A stretch of DNA of 64,000 bases from Eledone cirrhosa (lineage: Eukaryota), in assembly GCA_964016885.1 (NCBI GenBank), contig OZ024743.1, positions 162,688,001-162,752,000 of the forward strand, in the 5' to 3' direction. Shown one piece after another: positions 12,106 through 23,978 of this stretch (position 1 is the stretch's first letter; every line of letters starts with the position of its first letter). The notes below the pieces were generated by a model. It did not search any database. It saw nothing but the letters and a program-made list of their open reading frames with translations, and was not told where the DNA came from. Made by a program: the position numbers and the translations under genes.

Positions 12106-13816
12106 CAATATATAGACAGTTTTATAAATAATTTTGACGTACCATAAATATTGACCAACCGTTATGTAAAAAGCTAGTTTGGTAGTGAGATGTTTATAAA
12201 AATTTAGTGTTAAGCACAGTTAAAAAGAAAGACGGAGAAAGAGAAGAAATGTATGTAAAGAAAAACAGAGAGAAATAGAGAGAGATAGGGGAGAGAGAAA
12301 TAGTGAGGAGGTGAAAAAAGAGAGGCAGCTGAGGCAACAGATGAATAATAATAATAATTCATCATACAAATTGAGAGATTTAGGAGGGAGGGAGTACTGT
12401 AATTATTTAGTTATAGTGTTAAGGACAGTTGGGGAGGAGGCGGAGAGAGATAAAAAAAATGAAGAGAAAACAGAGAGAGAGAAAGATAGAGGTGGGGGAA
12501 AAAAGAGGTAGACCAAATAATAATAATTATATATGGGGAGGTGAGAGAAATAGGAGAGAAATAAGAGAGAAAAATAAGAGAAAAATAAGAGAGAAAAATA
12601 AGAGAGAAACTCGAGAGGCAAAGTTAAAACAACCGATACATAGACTTCATCATATATAAAGAGGGAGGAGAAGAAAGAGCTATATCTAGAGAGAGAGGGA
12701 TGATAGATTTACATCATTACGTTATGTCATATCAATTTGAATTATCAATTCATATGAATTGGGTAATATAATGTAAATATCAATATTCATGAATGAGACA
12801 TAGATATATAATGTGTGAAAATAATTTTGCTCAACGATGACCGTATGTTTAGCTTAAAATTCTGAGGTCGATGTACCAAAACTGAGATAAAACTTCAAAA
12901 AAAACGGAAATATATATATACATGCATATGCACTTTCCGGAAAAGGAAAGAAAGAGAAAAAGAGAAGGTCATCTCAAGTTCTAGTTGATACTATAGACAT
13001 ACCCATGACTTTACGTGATCAACTCTGTAATTTCTTGTTTCACAGAAAAAAAATTTTTCTTTTGTGTTATAAAAGATTTTATTATATAAAAGATTTTATT
13101 ATATAAAATTTTATTATATAAAAGATTTTATTATACATAAAAAAATATATTAATATTCTTGCCCTCACATACATGATTATCGTTCATGTATAGAATATTA
13201 TGCATATCTGTAACATATCCAGAACTATACCCACACATATATATATATATATATGTATGCACACATATATGTACATGGACAGATAAAATAAACAGATAAG
13301 ATATACTCTGTAATTATTCCATATGCATATTAATACATATGGCCTTTGTACAGAGACAACCAGATATCAATATATCAGCACAGAGATATCAAAACGTTAA
13401 AAATATTTTCATCACTCCCTAGAGTATCTCGGGCCGTAAAAACACAGTATGCCCTCTATATCAACCACAGAAATCTACCCTTCCAATTTATCTGACAATA
13501 TATTGCCAAGTTCATTAGAAGCAATCATAATCAAAAAGCAAACAAAAAAAAACAAAAATTATTCAACAAAACTTATTCAGCAGAAATCATTTAAAGGATT
13601 TAGGAGACCCTGTTGTTCTACGGATGCTCTTATATTTAGTATAGGAGTTTATCTAGCGTAAAATTTATTCAATAGATTGGGAGCATCTACATTATAGGGT
13701 AGTTTAATTACATCATTAGTATATATTTATGAAGAAGGTTTAAAAGAAAAGGTTGAAGGAATCGAAAGATTTATCGTCAGGTTTCATACATTAATTAAAT
13801 ATCCTAATTAATTATA

Positions 13817-14082
13817 CTACATTTTAAATTTATATTTATATTTAAACGTTGAGTTCAATCTATGTCTGCAGCAACTGAATAAATTGCTCCTTAAATTAAG
13901 GGAATTTTTGGATTTTAATATAAAGAATATCTCCTCCACACAGAGGTCACATGTCTCAGATGAGGAATTAAAAGGAATCCCTTTTGAGACAATATTCCAA
14001 AACATCGAATACCCAACGTTATCATGTTTAAGTTGCCAGAGTAAGCCTGATAGTGAAGTTGAAGATTTTTTGTTTGGATCTG
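13817..14082 (-). pseudogene. Penelope-type GIY-YIG endonuclease C-terminal fragment
   Basis: C-x-L-C-x-x-E and LN-x-RS-x-L-x-x-x-CRH motifs typical of PLE endonuclease C-termini. Confidence 0.75.
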
Positions 14083-15500
14083 TGAACTTGGCAATATATT
14101 GTCAGATAAATTGGAAGGGTAGATTTCTGTGGTTGATATAGGGGGCATACTGTGTTTTTTACAGCCCGAGATACTCTAGGGAGTGATGAAAATATTTTTA
14201 ACGTTTTGATATCTCTGTGCTGATATATTGATATCTGGTTGTCTCTGTACAAAGGCCATATGTATTAATATGCATATGGAATGATTACAGAGTATATCTT
14301 ATCTGTTTATTTTATCTGTCCATGTACATATATGTGTGCATACATATATATATATATGTATGTGTAGGTATAGTTCTGGATATGTTACAGATATGCATAA
14401 TATTCTATACATGAACGATAATCATGTATGTGAGGGCAAGAATATTAATATATTTTTTTATGTATAATAAAATCTTTTATATAATAAAATCTTTTATAAC
14501 ACAAAAGAAAAATTTTTTTTCTGTGAAACAAGAAATTACAGAGTTGATCACGTAAAGTCATGGGTATGTCTATAGTATCAACTAGAACTTGAGATGACCT
14601 TCTCTTTTTCTCTTTCTTTCCTTTTCCGGAAGTGCATATGCATGTATATATATATTTCCGTTTTTTTTGAAGTTTTATCTCAGTTTTGGTACATCGACCT
14701 CAGAATTTTAAGCTAAACATACGGTCATTGTTGAGCAAAATTATTTTCACACATTATATATCTATGTCTCATTCATGAATATTGATATTTACATTATATT
14801 ACCCAATTCATATGAATTGATAATTCAAATTGATATGACATAACGTAATGATGTAAATCTATCATCCCTCTCTCTCTAGATATAGCTCTTTCTTCTCCTC
14901 CCTCTTTATATATGATGAAGTCTATGTATCGGTTGTTTTAACTTTGCCTCTCGAGTTTCTCTCTTATTTTTCTCTCTTATTTTTCTCTCTTATTTTTCTC
15001 TCTTATTTTTCTCTCTTATTTTTCTCTCTTATTTTTCTCTCTTATTTCTCTCCTATTTCTCTCACCTCCCCATATATAATTATTATTATTTGGTCTACCT
15101 CTTTTTTCCCCCACCTCTATCTTTCTCTCTCTCTGTTTTCTCTTCATTTTTTTTATCTCTCTCCGCCTCCTCCCCAACTGTCCTTAACACTATAACTAAA
15201 TAATTACAGTACTCCCTCCCTCCTAAATCTCTCAATTTGTATGATGAATTATTATTATTATTCATCTGTTGCCTCAGCTGCCTCTCTTTTTTCACCTCCT
15301 CACTATTTCTCTCTCCCCTATCTCTCTCTATTTCTCTCTGTTTTTCTTTACATACATTTCTTCTCTTTCTCCGTCTTTCTTTTTAACTGTGCTTAACACT
15401 AAATTTTTATAAACATCTCACTACCAAACTAGCTTTTTACATAACGGTTGGTCAATATTTATGGTACGTCAAAATTATTTATAAAACTGTCTATATATTG

Positions 15501-15566
15501 TATTTTATCTGAAGAAGGCATGCCATATTTTTAATATGGTATCCCCGAAATATGTATAATGAAATA
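15501..15566 (+). ncRNA. Type I hammerhead ribozyme (right arm)
   Basis: tattttat CTGAAGA aggc-atgccatatt-tt-aatatggtat-cccc GAAA tatgta TA atgaaata. 8-bp stem I, long stem II, minimal near-palindromic stem III. Confidence 0.8.
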
Positions 15567-15693
15567 AATATGGTTTTATAAATATAGTTTCCATTTGTTT
15601 AATATCGTATATCTACTCCAAAACTTGTCGAGTGCTTTATATTAGTTATAAAATATTTACTTGTTGTAACCCAACAATTTTATATAAAACTTT

Positions 15694-15739
<46 letters not shown>

Positions 15740-15784
15740 TGTGTGTGTGTCTGTGACCAGTGTATATAGGGCACAGACACCCAT

Positions 15785-16045
15785 ACCGTTTTACGTCCAT
15801 TCTTCCACGCTAGCATGGGTTAGACAGGTTGTCCTGTTGTAGGCAGTGTCCGGTCGGCTAACCATGCCTTGCTCAAACAGGAACTGATTTTGGCTTGATT
15901 TCTACAGCTGGATGCCCTTCCTAACACCAACCTCATTTACAGTGAGTGCTGGGTGCTTTTTTCCATGGCGCCTACACGTCCACTTTACAGTGTGAGCTGG
16001 GTGCTTTTTTGCCGTGACACCTCCATGACCACTTTGCAGTGGGAG
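15785..16045 (-). mobile_element. RTE-tail SINE fragment
   Basis: CTACAGCTGGATGCCCTTCCTAACACCAACC core shared with copies at 27.4, 37.5 and 63.7 kb. Confidence 0.7.
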
Positions 16046-16072
16046 GGTGTGGGGGCATATTGTCTATATCCT

Positions 16073-18572
16073 TCAGTTTCGGCTTGTACCCATGGGGGGG
16101 GGGGTCTTCTGTATTACTGCGTGACGCCAGAGGTCACGGTCGTGTGTCATCGCCTTTGAGAGTTGTAATTGGGTAAGGTTGGCTTTTATCACCTCATCCC
16201 AGGTCTTCTTGGGTCCCCCCACTCCACGGTTTCCATCGACTTCTAGTGCTCTGCACCTTTTTATGCAGCTATCATCCTTCATACGCATCACATGTCCATA
16301 CCAACGCAACCACCTCTCCTGAACACAGCATTTGATTCCTCTTATGCTCAGTCTCTCTCTCAATTCATTTATGCTTTGCCATTCGCGTATATTACTATTA
16401 CACATCCATCGGAGCATGCAGGTTTCGTTTCTTTCTAATCTACGCAAGTCTTCCACAGACAGCGCCCAGGTCTCACTATCATGTAACATTGCTGTTCGTA
16501 TACACGCATCATACAGTCTGCCTTTCATTTTGAGGGAAAAACCTTTTGCAGCTAGCAGTGGTAGTAGTTCCCTAAACTTCTTCCATCCCGTTCTTACCCT
16601 AGTTATTGTACTTTCCGAACACCCACCTCCGCTGCTACTTCGGTCACCCAGGTAGCAGAAGCTGTCTACTGTTTTTACAGAGCCCTCCCAGAGTATGGTG
16701 GTACTTGTTTCCTGTGGCTGTTTGCTGCTTGCTGTCCCAGCACAGCTGCTACATGTGAAGCCTACATTCTTAGTTAAGCTTCCTGAGACACCGCAACACC
16801 TTTTGTCTACCCGTTGTTTCCTACACACTGAGCAAGGCCATTTTCCTGAGGGGATCTGGGTTCTGTTTTCTCGTCTACTTACAAGGACCTTAGTCTTTGT
16901 CAGGTTGACTTTGAGACCCTTTCTTTCTAGTCCCTGCTTCCAAGTTTGGAATTTCTTCTCTAGTTCTACCATAGATTCAGCTATAAGTGCGAGGTCATCT
17001 GCATACATGAGTTCCCATGGGCATCCGGTCTTAAACTCCTCCATTATTGCCTGCAGGACTATGATGAACAGGAGAGGGCTAAGAACAGAGCCCTGGTGGA
17101 CACCGACCTGTACGCAAAATTCCTCGCTATAGTCATTGCTAATCCTAACTTTGCTGACTGCTCCCCTATACATGGCTTGTACAGCTTTCACAAGCCATTC
17201 ATCTACTCCTAGTTTTCTAAGAGCCCACCAGATTACAGCACGGGGAACTCTGTCAAAGGCTTTCTCGAGATCGATGAATGCCAGGAGTGGCTTACTTTTA
17301 GCTAGGTACTTTTCCTGTAACTGCCTCACAAGGAAGAGGGCATCGGTGGTGCCCCTTCCTGGCACAAACCCAAATTGCATCTCATCTAGTTTCACCTGGT
17401 CCCTAATCAACTGTGCTATAACTCTTTCTGTGACTTTCATGACCTGGTCCATCAGCTTTATACCTCTATAGTTTCCTCTATCTAGTGCATCACCTTTACC
17501 TTTGTAGCAGTTGACAATGATGCTGCTGCACCAATCCTTTGGTATGACACCCTCTAGTATTACCTGGTTAACAATACATGTGGTTATGGTGTGATGTGAC
17601 CTACCGACCCAGATGCCTTCAGCATCTCGGCAGCTATACCCGATGGACCGGTTGCCTTCCCCATCTTCATATCTTTGATTGCCTTACTTACTATACTGCT
17701 GCTGACTTGTACTGCTGGCCCCTCTATAGGGTCTACTTGGGGTAGGGTCTCTTTTTTCCCATGATTTCTCCTCTTTTAGTAATCTTTCATAATGGCTCTT
17801 CCACGCATCTTTCTTCTCAGCACGTGTGAGGGCAAGCTCACCTTTATCATTCCGGATACACTTCTCTCCAATGACATCACAATTCTCTGACACACTGCCT
17901 CGCAATCTTGAACACCTGTTTCTGGTCGTCCCATTGCAAAACATGCTTGAATCTTTTATCCTCCGCTTCCCTTCTAGCTAAGTATACTTGTCGCCTAGCT
18001 TCCCTCTTGGTCTCTATGTAATGTACCCTGCTTCCCCTGTTCTTCCATTCTTACCATGCCTGTCTCTTGGCCTTAACTGCCTCATCTACCTTATTGTTCC
18101 ACCACCAAGTCACTCTCCTCCTGCCTGTGGTCTTACTCCAGCCACAGATCTCATCCGTCGCCTTTAGTAAGTTATTTTTTAGGAACTCCAGTGCTCTTCT
18201 ACATTGAATGTCTCTATCTGTTCTTCTTTATGTCATAGGCGTTGAGTAAAATATCTTTAAATCTGTTACTGGCTGAGGGTCTTTCAGCTTCCAGATCTTT
18301 CTTCTCCAGGTTGGCTTCTGTTTCCAGGTTCGTCTAGTTCTGACCGTGAGGTCGCTGACAACTAAGCTATGTTGGGAGGGACATTCCTCACTAGGGAAGG
18401 CTTTTGTGTTTACGACTGTCCATTTGTCACGTCCTCTGATGAGGATAAAATCTATCTGATTAGAATGACCCCCTGATCTATAGGTGATCAGATGGTTGTC
18501 GGGTTTTTTAAGTTTGTGTTACATATCGACATGTCATTGGCGTCACAGAATTCTCGAAGCCTGAGGCCTTCT
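16073..18572 (-). mobile_element. RTE-clade LINE, 5'-truncated; RT ORF 16073..17452 largely open
   Basis: QFGFVPGRGTTD, FIDLEKAFDRV, GVHQGSVLSP, YADD, YLG and LRWYGHVMR motifs. APE remnants near 18350-18560. Frameshifts upstream of 17452. Confidence 0.92.
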
Positions 18573-18616
<44 letters not shown>

Positions 18617-18663
18617 AAGGAAAAGCGAAGTAGTTTCAGATGTTCAAGTCCTTTAATAATAAT

Positions 18664-18737
18664 GCTGTGATATATATTTCAATGACGACACTGGCCACAC
18701 TGTTCTGTGTGCGAGTGTCGTGACATCATCAGACAGC
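18664..18737 (-). ncRNA. Type I hammerhead ribozyme (left arm, intact stem I)
   Basis: Reverse complement: gctgt CTGATGA tgtc-acgacact...agtgtcgt-catt GAAA tatata TC acagc. Canonical core, AUC site, palindromic stem III. Confidence 0.85.
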
Positions 18738-20174
18738 TTGTTACATAATAGGGTTATGTTTCCGAGGCAATCCAAATTGAATCGACATGGGAACGGACGA
18801 AGTGTATGCTTTTGGGTTCTTCATCCGTTCCCTGTGAGTACCAATTCACCCCCACCGGTCTGCGCAGGCGCATGTCCGAAGGAAGTTGACCATTAGCTAC
18901 CGTAGATTTCAACGAAATTCGCTTAGTCAGTTCACCCTCTCAGTCAAACAATGACCTACTTAGGCCTGTACCATAGTTTACTGCTACCCATCGCGATTGC
19001 GGCAGTCAGCCGAAAGCCAGAGGGGATGGGAGAGTGTTAGTTTTTACAGGTCACAATACTACCTCTCACCAAGCGTGGACAGTACGACTGACCATCAACT
19101 CCTAAGAGAAAATAAACTTAATTCTAGGTATCATGGTTTTAGATTGGAAGTTATGAGTAAGAGTTGGAAATAAAAATTAAAATCCTATATCAAATATCAG
19201 AAATTATAAACAATTAAAAATTATTAAACAATTAAAAATTAGAAATTAAAAAATTTTTCAAGTGAGAATCCGGATTGATGTGAGTAAAAAAATATAGATT
19301 GAAGTGAGTAAATAATATGGAGAGAGATGTTTAAGTAAGAAGTTCTGAGAGGGGTTCTAATGTCACAGTTACACTATCCACATATTGAACGATAGTGCCG
19401 TACATTAGAACGGAGAGTAAACTACAGTATTCAAGGCAGTAGTCAATCTGGTACACAGTCATAATTTCCATCACATGGAACAAAACCAAAGAAAAACAGA
19501 CATAAAGTACACAAAAGAAAAGAACCAATAATGAATAAATGCAAAAGCACAGAGTACATATATGCAAAATGATCCATATAATTGTCAATTTGTCAATGTA
19601 TAGATTGAATTGAGGGGGCTTCTGTTCAAATGCGATTTGGTGCAGGAAAATAGGGGTTTATCTTAGTTTTTGTTTCCGCATATTTATCCTGCCGAAAGTT
19701 GCTATTATGTCCGTCCAGTGTCAGGGGTTTCCATCCCCATGGTAGAGGGAATTTCCAGGGGTAGCTCATGGTTGGTTCCTCTCTTCTCCACCATATCGGT
19801 TACATCATAGAGTTGATGGTCAGTCGTACTGTCCACGCTTGGTGAGAGGTAGTATTGTGACCTGTAAAAACTAACACTCTCCCATCCCCTCTGGCTTTCG
19901 GCTGACTGCCACAGTCGGGATGGGTAGCAGTAAACTATGGTACAGGCCTAAGTGGGTCATTGTTTGACTGAGAGGGTGAACTGACTAAGCGAAATTCATT
20001 GAAATCTACGGTAGCTAATGGTCAACTTCCTTCGGACATGCACCTGCGCAGACCGGTGGAGGTGAATTGGTACTCACAGGGGAACGGATGAAGAACCCAA
20101 AAGCACACACTTCGTCCGTTCCCATGTCGATTCAATTTGGATTGCCTCGGAAACATAACCCTATTATGTAACAA

Positions 20175-20248
20175 GCTGTCTGATGATGTCACGACACTCG
20201 CACACAGAACAGTGTGGCCAGTGTCGTCATTGAAATATATATCACACC
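20175..20248 (+). ncRNA. Type I hammerhead ribozyme (right arm, one stem I mismatch)
   Basis: Same as the left arm, but the 3' strand of stem I reads acacc instead of acagc. Confidence 0.75.
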
Positions 20249-21109
20249 ATTATTATTAAAGGACTTGAACATCTGAAACTACTTCGCTTTTCCTTATTCA
20301 ATATTTACTCCGTCACTCCTATGTGGAAAAAGTACGTTGAGTGCCTGAATTGAATTGCATCAATGTTTACCCTAAGTATATATATATATATATATATATA
20401 TATAATGAAGGAACCAGATGGACCATAATAGCATAATGGCATGCTAGTCAGATATATATATACACACACATATACACGTATTTATATATACATACACACA
20501 CATATATATATATGTACCTTCCAATTTCATTTTACATTATATACATGTCAGTGTATATTTTAATTATTAAAAAATTATTTTTAAGTGAACATGATTAAAA
20601 AATATATCTTTAAGTGAATGTGACCCAGCCGGTAACGGGTGGTCTAATAGTATATAATTCCTATAATTCTACAATTATTAAAATGAAAGGCAGAAGGACT
20701 TAACTGTAGCACAATTCTATGAAAAAACATGAAGTTTATATCCATATCATCATCATCAGTTTAGGTCTGCTTTCCATGTTGCATGGGCTAGATGTGTTGT
20801 TATAATCCAAAACCAGATGTGTTAGAGCAGGATCATCTTACTCATACGTTCCATATTTAGCATGGTTTCTATAACTGGATGCTCTTTCTAACACTAACCA
20901 TCTTATAGTTCTGTGTGCATTTTTCATGGCACCAACACTGTACTGAGTGTACTGGGAACATTTTATTGTGACACCAGCACTAGAGAGGTTGTCATATGCT
21001 CAGCCAGAGTCCTCTCATTGTCAAACACTGTAGCCTCTGGTCTCTCACATTTACATTTTGTGTCACTATGCTTGTACTGGTGGTTTTTTTGTATTATAGT
21101 ATATTGCCA

Positions 21110-21760
21110 GTCAACTCAGTCCTATGTCATCTTTGTGAGGTTCACTTTCTTGAGGTCATTCTTCACAATTTTGTCCCATGTCTTCCTTGGTCTCTTTCTT
21201 CCACAATTTCCATCCACTTCAAGCACTTGGTACTTTTTTTTTTATATAACATTCATTCTCCTTACACATCACATGCTCATACCAACATAAGTCTCTCTCT
21301 TGATACTACATTGAGTTCCTCATATATTCAACTTTTCTCCCAGTTCATTTGTGCTCTATTGTTCATGCTTATTAACATTATGCATTCAGCAAAACATGCA
21401 TACCTCATTTTTTTTCGCCATCACAAATCTTTTACACTCAAGACTCACATCTCATTGCCATACAGCATTGCACTTTGAATGCATGCATCTACCATTCACT
21501 CAGAGAGAGAAGCCCTTTGTTGCTAGCAGAGGTAACAGCTCTCTGAACTTCTTCCGACCAGTTCATACTCTGGTTACATTATTTTTGGTACATCCACTTG
21601 TTCTGCTAATGAGGTTACCTCAATAACAAAAACTTTCTACCACTTTCAGTGAGCTTACTTAACATTTAAGAGTTTATTTTTTTAGTACCCTTACTGTTGA
21701 CTATTATTCTGAAACCTGTGCAACTGCAACATATGAAGTCTATCCCATCTATCAACCTAC
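21110..21760 (-). mobile_element. Decayed RTE LINE 3' fragment
   Basis: Similar to the 3' part of 16073-16700 (GWKKFRELLPLLA-like region). Confidence 0.65.
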
Positions 21761-22722
21761 ATGTGATGCCACTATAATGACTCTTGTTCCCAATTAATGT
21801 GAGTCTGGTTCTAGGATGGATGGTGGTGTTGATTTGGTTGTTGTGTGTGTATTCACTTGTGGATTGCTCAGTGGTATGGTCACTGTTGTGTAGAGTGTAG
21901 GCAAAGAAAGATTGATGTGTCTGTGTGAGTGTGACCAGAGATTGTGGGTGTGCATGTGAGTAACAGTGTTCATTATGATGATGATGATGTGATGGTTCTA
22001 TGGGTAAGTGATTTACCTTGATCACATGGGAAATGAAATATCATCATCATCAAACCACATTAACACAAGCTGCTATGTTACTAATTTATTAAATATAATT
22101 CTTGTCAAAGTTATAGAACAATACATGAAGAACAAATAACCACAGTTGAAGTGTTTGATGTGTATCAGGTATGATGTGTATTTTCTTGCAAAGGTATCAT
22201 TAAAAATGTATTTGCCAAATTTCTGTTGATGGAGGAATTTCACTGGCCTGGCCGATGGAGAGACCAAGAGAGGGAATGAAAGAGAGACCCGAAGTAGTCT
22301 TCACGTTGTAGAACATTAGAAACCATCTTGCTTTCTACCTAGTTTCTTTTATTGCTCACCCACCCCAGTTTTTCTGCAAACACTTTAGGGTGGTAAGTTA
22401 ATAACTTAACATTGTAAATTCACGCGAGTGCTGTTCCAGTATTTTTTTTTTTTTCTTTGAGGACCAGCTTTCTCTCTTAATCACTAAAGGCTCAACTCAA
22501 AAGGGCAAAGCAAAGGGAAAATATACGTAAGGAATAAAGATTATCCATTTATCATATTTCCTTTTATATAACTAAATCATTAAATTATCAATCTATCTTT
22601 CCATCGGAATCTGTATGTCCATGTACCCGAATGTCTAGCTATGTCAGTAATTATTAAGACAACTAACACGTACCTATTCGAATACTAAATGGCTACCTAT
22701 TATTCTTTCTATAGTAACCATT

Positions 22723-22803
22723 TGACGTCAGTCGGACTATTATTTACAGAGTTCATATAAAACACAGACACCGTATTTTTGTATATTTTAGTTTGTTGCA
22801 TCA
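22723..22803. promoter_or_regulatory. CRE palindrome (TGACGTCA, 22723-22730) and C/EBP-ATF-like element (TTGCATCA, 22796-22803) upstream of the NARS1 ATG
   Basis: Exact motif matches within 150 bp upstream of the start codon. Function is inferred. Confidence 0.5.
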
Positions 22804-22869
22804 TCCAAATAACTTCATTCCTTGTTCCTTTTCCTTCATTTACGCAGGAGACGAAAAGCAGTGTTCAAG

Positions 22870-22879
22870 ATGTCCAGCC
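22870..22879 (+). CDS. NARS1: Asparaginyl-tRNA synthetase, coding exon 1 (MSS+1 nt)
   Basis: caagATGTCCAGCC|gtgaga. The phase-1 end fits exon 2 (C+CA = Pro). Confidence 0.65.
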
Positions 22880-23179
22880 GTGAGAAATGCTTTCTTTTTT
22901 GCTTTTAATTTATATCCCTAACACCATCGAAACTTACAAATGTGGCTCTATTTCGAAAATTCTCATTAGAGCAGTGTTTCAGGCTATTGTAAAAAAAATT
23001 CTCATTACCTTACTTTCGGCTACGTGTGCGTGTGTGAACATAGGTGTTCAAATTCCGCCGGGTAAACTTTGCTTCTCCTGCTGTTGTTGATAATTTAGTA
23101 CCTGTCAAATACTATGGTTTATTTAATTAACTAACCCCTCGCCCCAAATGTTTAGCCTTATCCCTGTGTTAGAAATAAT

Positions 23180-23363
23180 TGTTTCTATTTTAGGCACAAG
23201 GCCAGCAATTAACCAGTGCATTACTGGTACTTTATTTTATCGACCCCGTAAGGGTGAAAGGCAAAGTCAACCTCGGCGGGATTTGAACTCAGATCGTAAA
23301 GGGACGTAACTATGCTGGAAAGCATGGCGTCCGACCCTCTACTGATACTGCCAATCCACCGCC
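23180..23363 (-). mobile_element. tRNA-derived SINE with Nin/Deu-like core
   Basis: A box (TGGCAGTATCAG) and B box (GAGTTCAAATCC) followed by CTTTCACCCTTACGGGGTCGATAAAATAAAGTACCAG. Many copies in the window. Confidence 0.8.
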
Positions 23364-23459
23364 CTGTGTTAGAAATAATTGTTTCTACTTTTGGCACAAG
23401 GCCAGGAATTACCCAGTGTATTACTGGGTGTTAGAAATAATATTATTTAGAACGAATGG

Positions 23460-23880
23460 GATTGAATTAGCAGTATCGGCAGAGCGTTGGACAACATACT
23501 TTGCGGCGTATAGTTAGGTGCTTTACGTTCTGAGTTCAAATCCCACTTAGGTTACCTTGGCATTTCATCCTTATGGGGTCGATAAAATAAAGTACCAGTT
23601 ATGCACTGGGTCGATTTATTCGACTTTCCCCCTCCCCAAAAATTGTTGGTCTTGTGCCTAAATTAGAAACCATTATTAGAACGAAAGAAGGTCGGTGGAT
23701 TGGCAGTATCGGTAGAGGGTCGGACGCCATGCTTTGACGTATAGAGTTACGGCCCTTGCCATTCTGAGTTCAAATCCCGCCGTGGTTAACTTTGCCTTTC
23801 ATCCTTACGGGGTCGATAAAATAAAGTACCAGCAATGTACTGAGATAATTGCTGGCCTTGTGCCAAATGTAGAAACCATT
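23460..23880 (+). mobile_element. Two tandem copies of the same tRNA-derived SINE
   Basis: Cores at about 23560-23600 and 23790-23830. Confidence 0.8.
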
Positions 23881-23978
23881 ATTAGAACGAAAGAAATACC
23901 AATTGAAGACTTCTGTACCCTGTTTGGTATCTCTTTTTCACTGGTTCAGATGCTTTTAGCTTGACATTTATAAATGTA

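Larger units (their letters stand above)
11994..15697. mobile_element. Fold-back Penelope-derived element: 1.5-kb inverted arms, GIY-YIG remnant in spacer, 3' tail ending at (TA)n
   Basis: Arms 11994-13514 and 14083-15612 are near-identical reverse complements. Spacer minus strand encodes STSLSGLLWQLK...WNIV...CDLCVEE...LNLRSNLFSCCRH, a PLE GIY-YIG C-terminus. Confidence 0.85.
18613..20376. mobile_element. Fold-back non-autonomous element (about 490-bp inverted arms with hammerheads) inserted in (TA)n
   Basis: Arms 18613-19101 and 19810-20299, unique tail 20300-20376, (TA)n on both sides (about 18576-18612 and 20377-20404). Confidence 0.85.

Noticed and set aside
13740-13790. CTGACGA on the minus strand in the palindrome spacer
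   Set aside because: There is no correctly placed GAAA or stem III.
16332-17471. Plus-strand ORFs over the RTE element
   Set aside because: They are antisense shadows of the RT frame.
22073-22330. Possible divergent gene upstream of NARS1 (ORF 22073..22267 minus; caagATGg near 22326)
   Set aside because: The ATG frames close after 28-38 codons, there is no recognisable domain, and no further exons were found.
23180-23880. tRNA genes suggested by A/B boxes
   Set aside because: They are SINE heads followed by repeat cores, with no intact cloverleaf.
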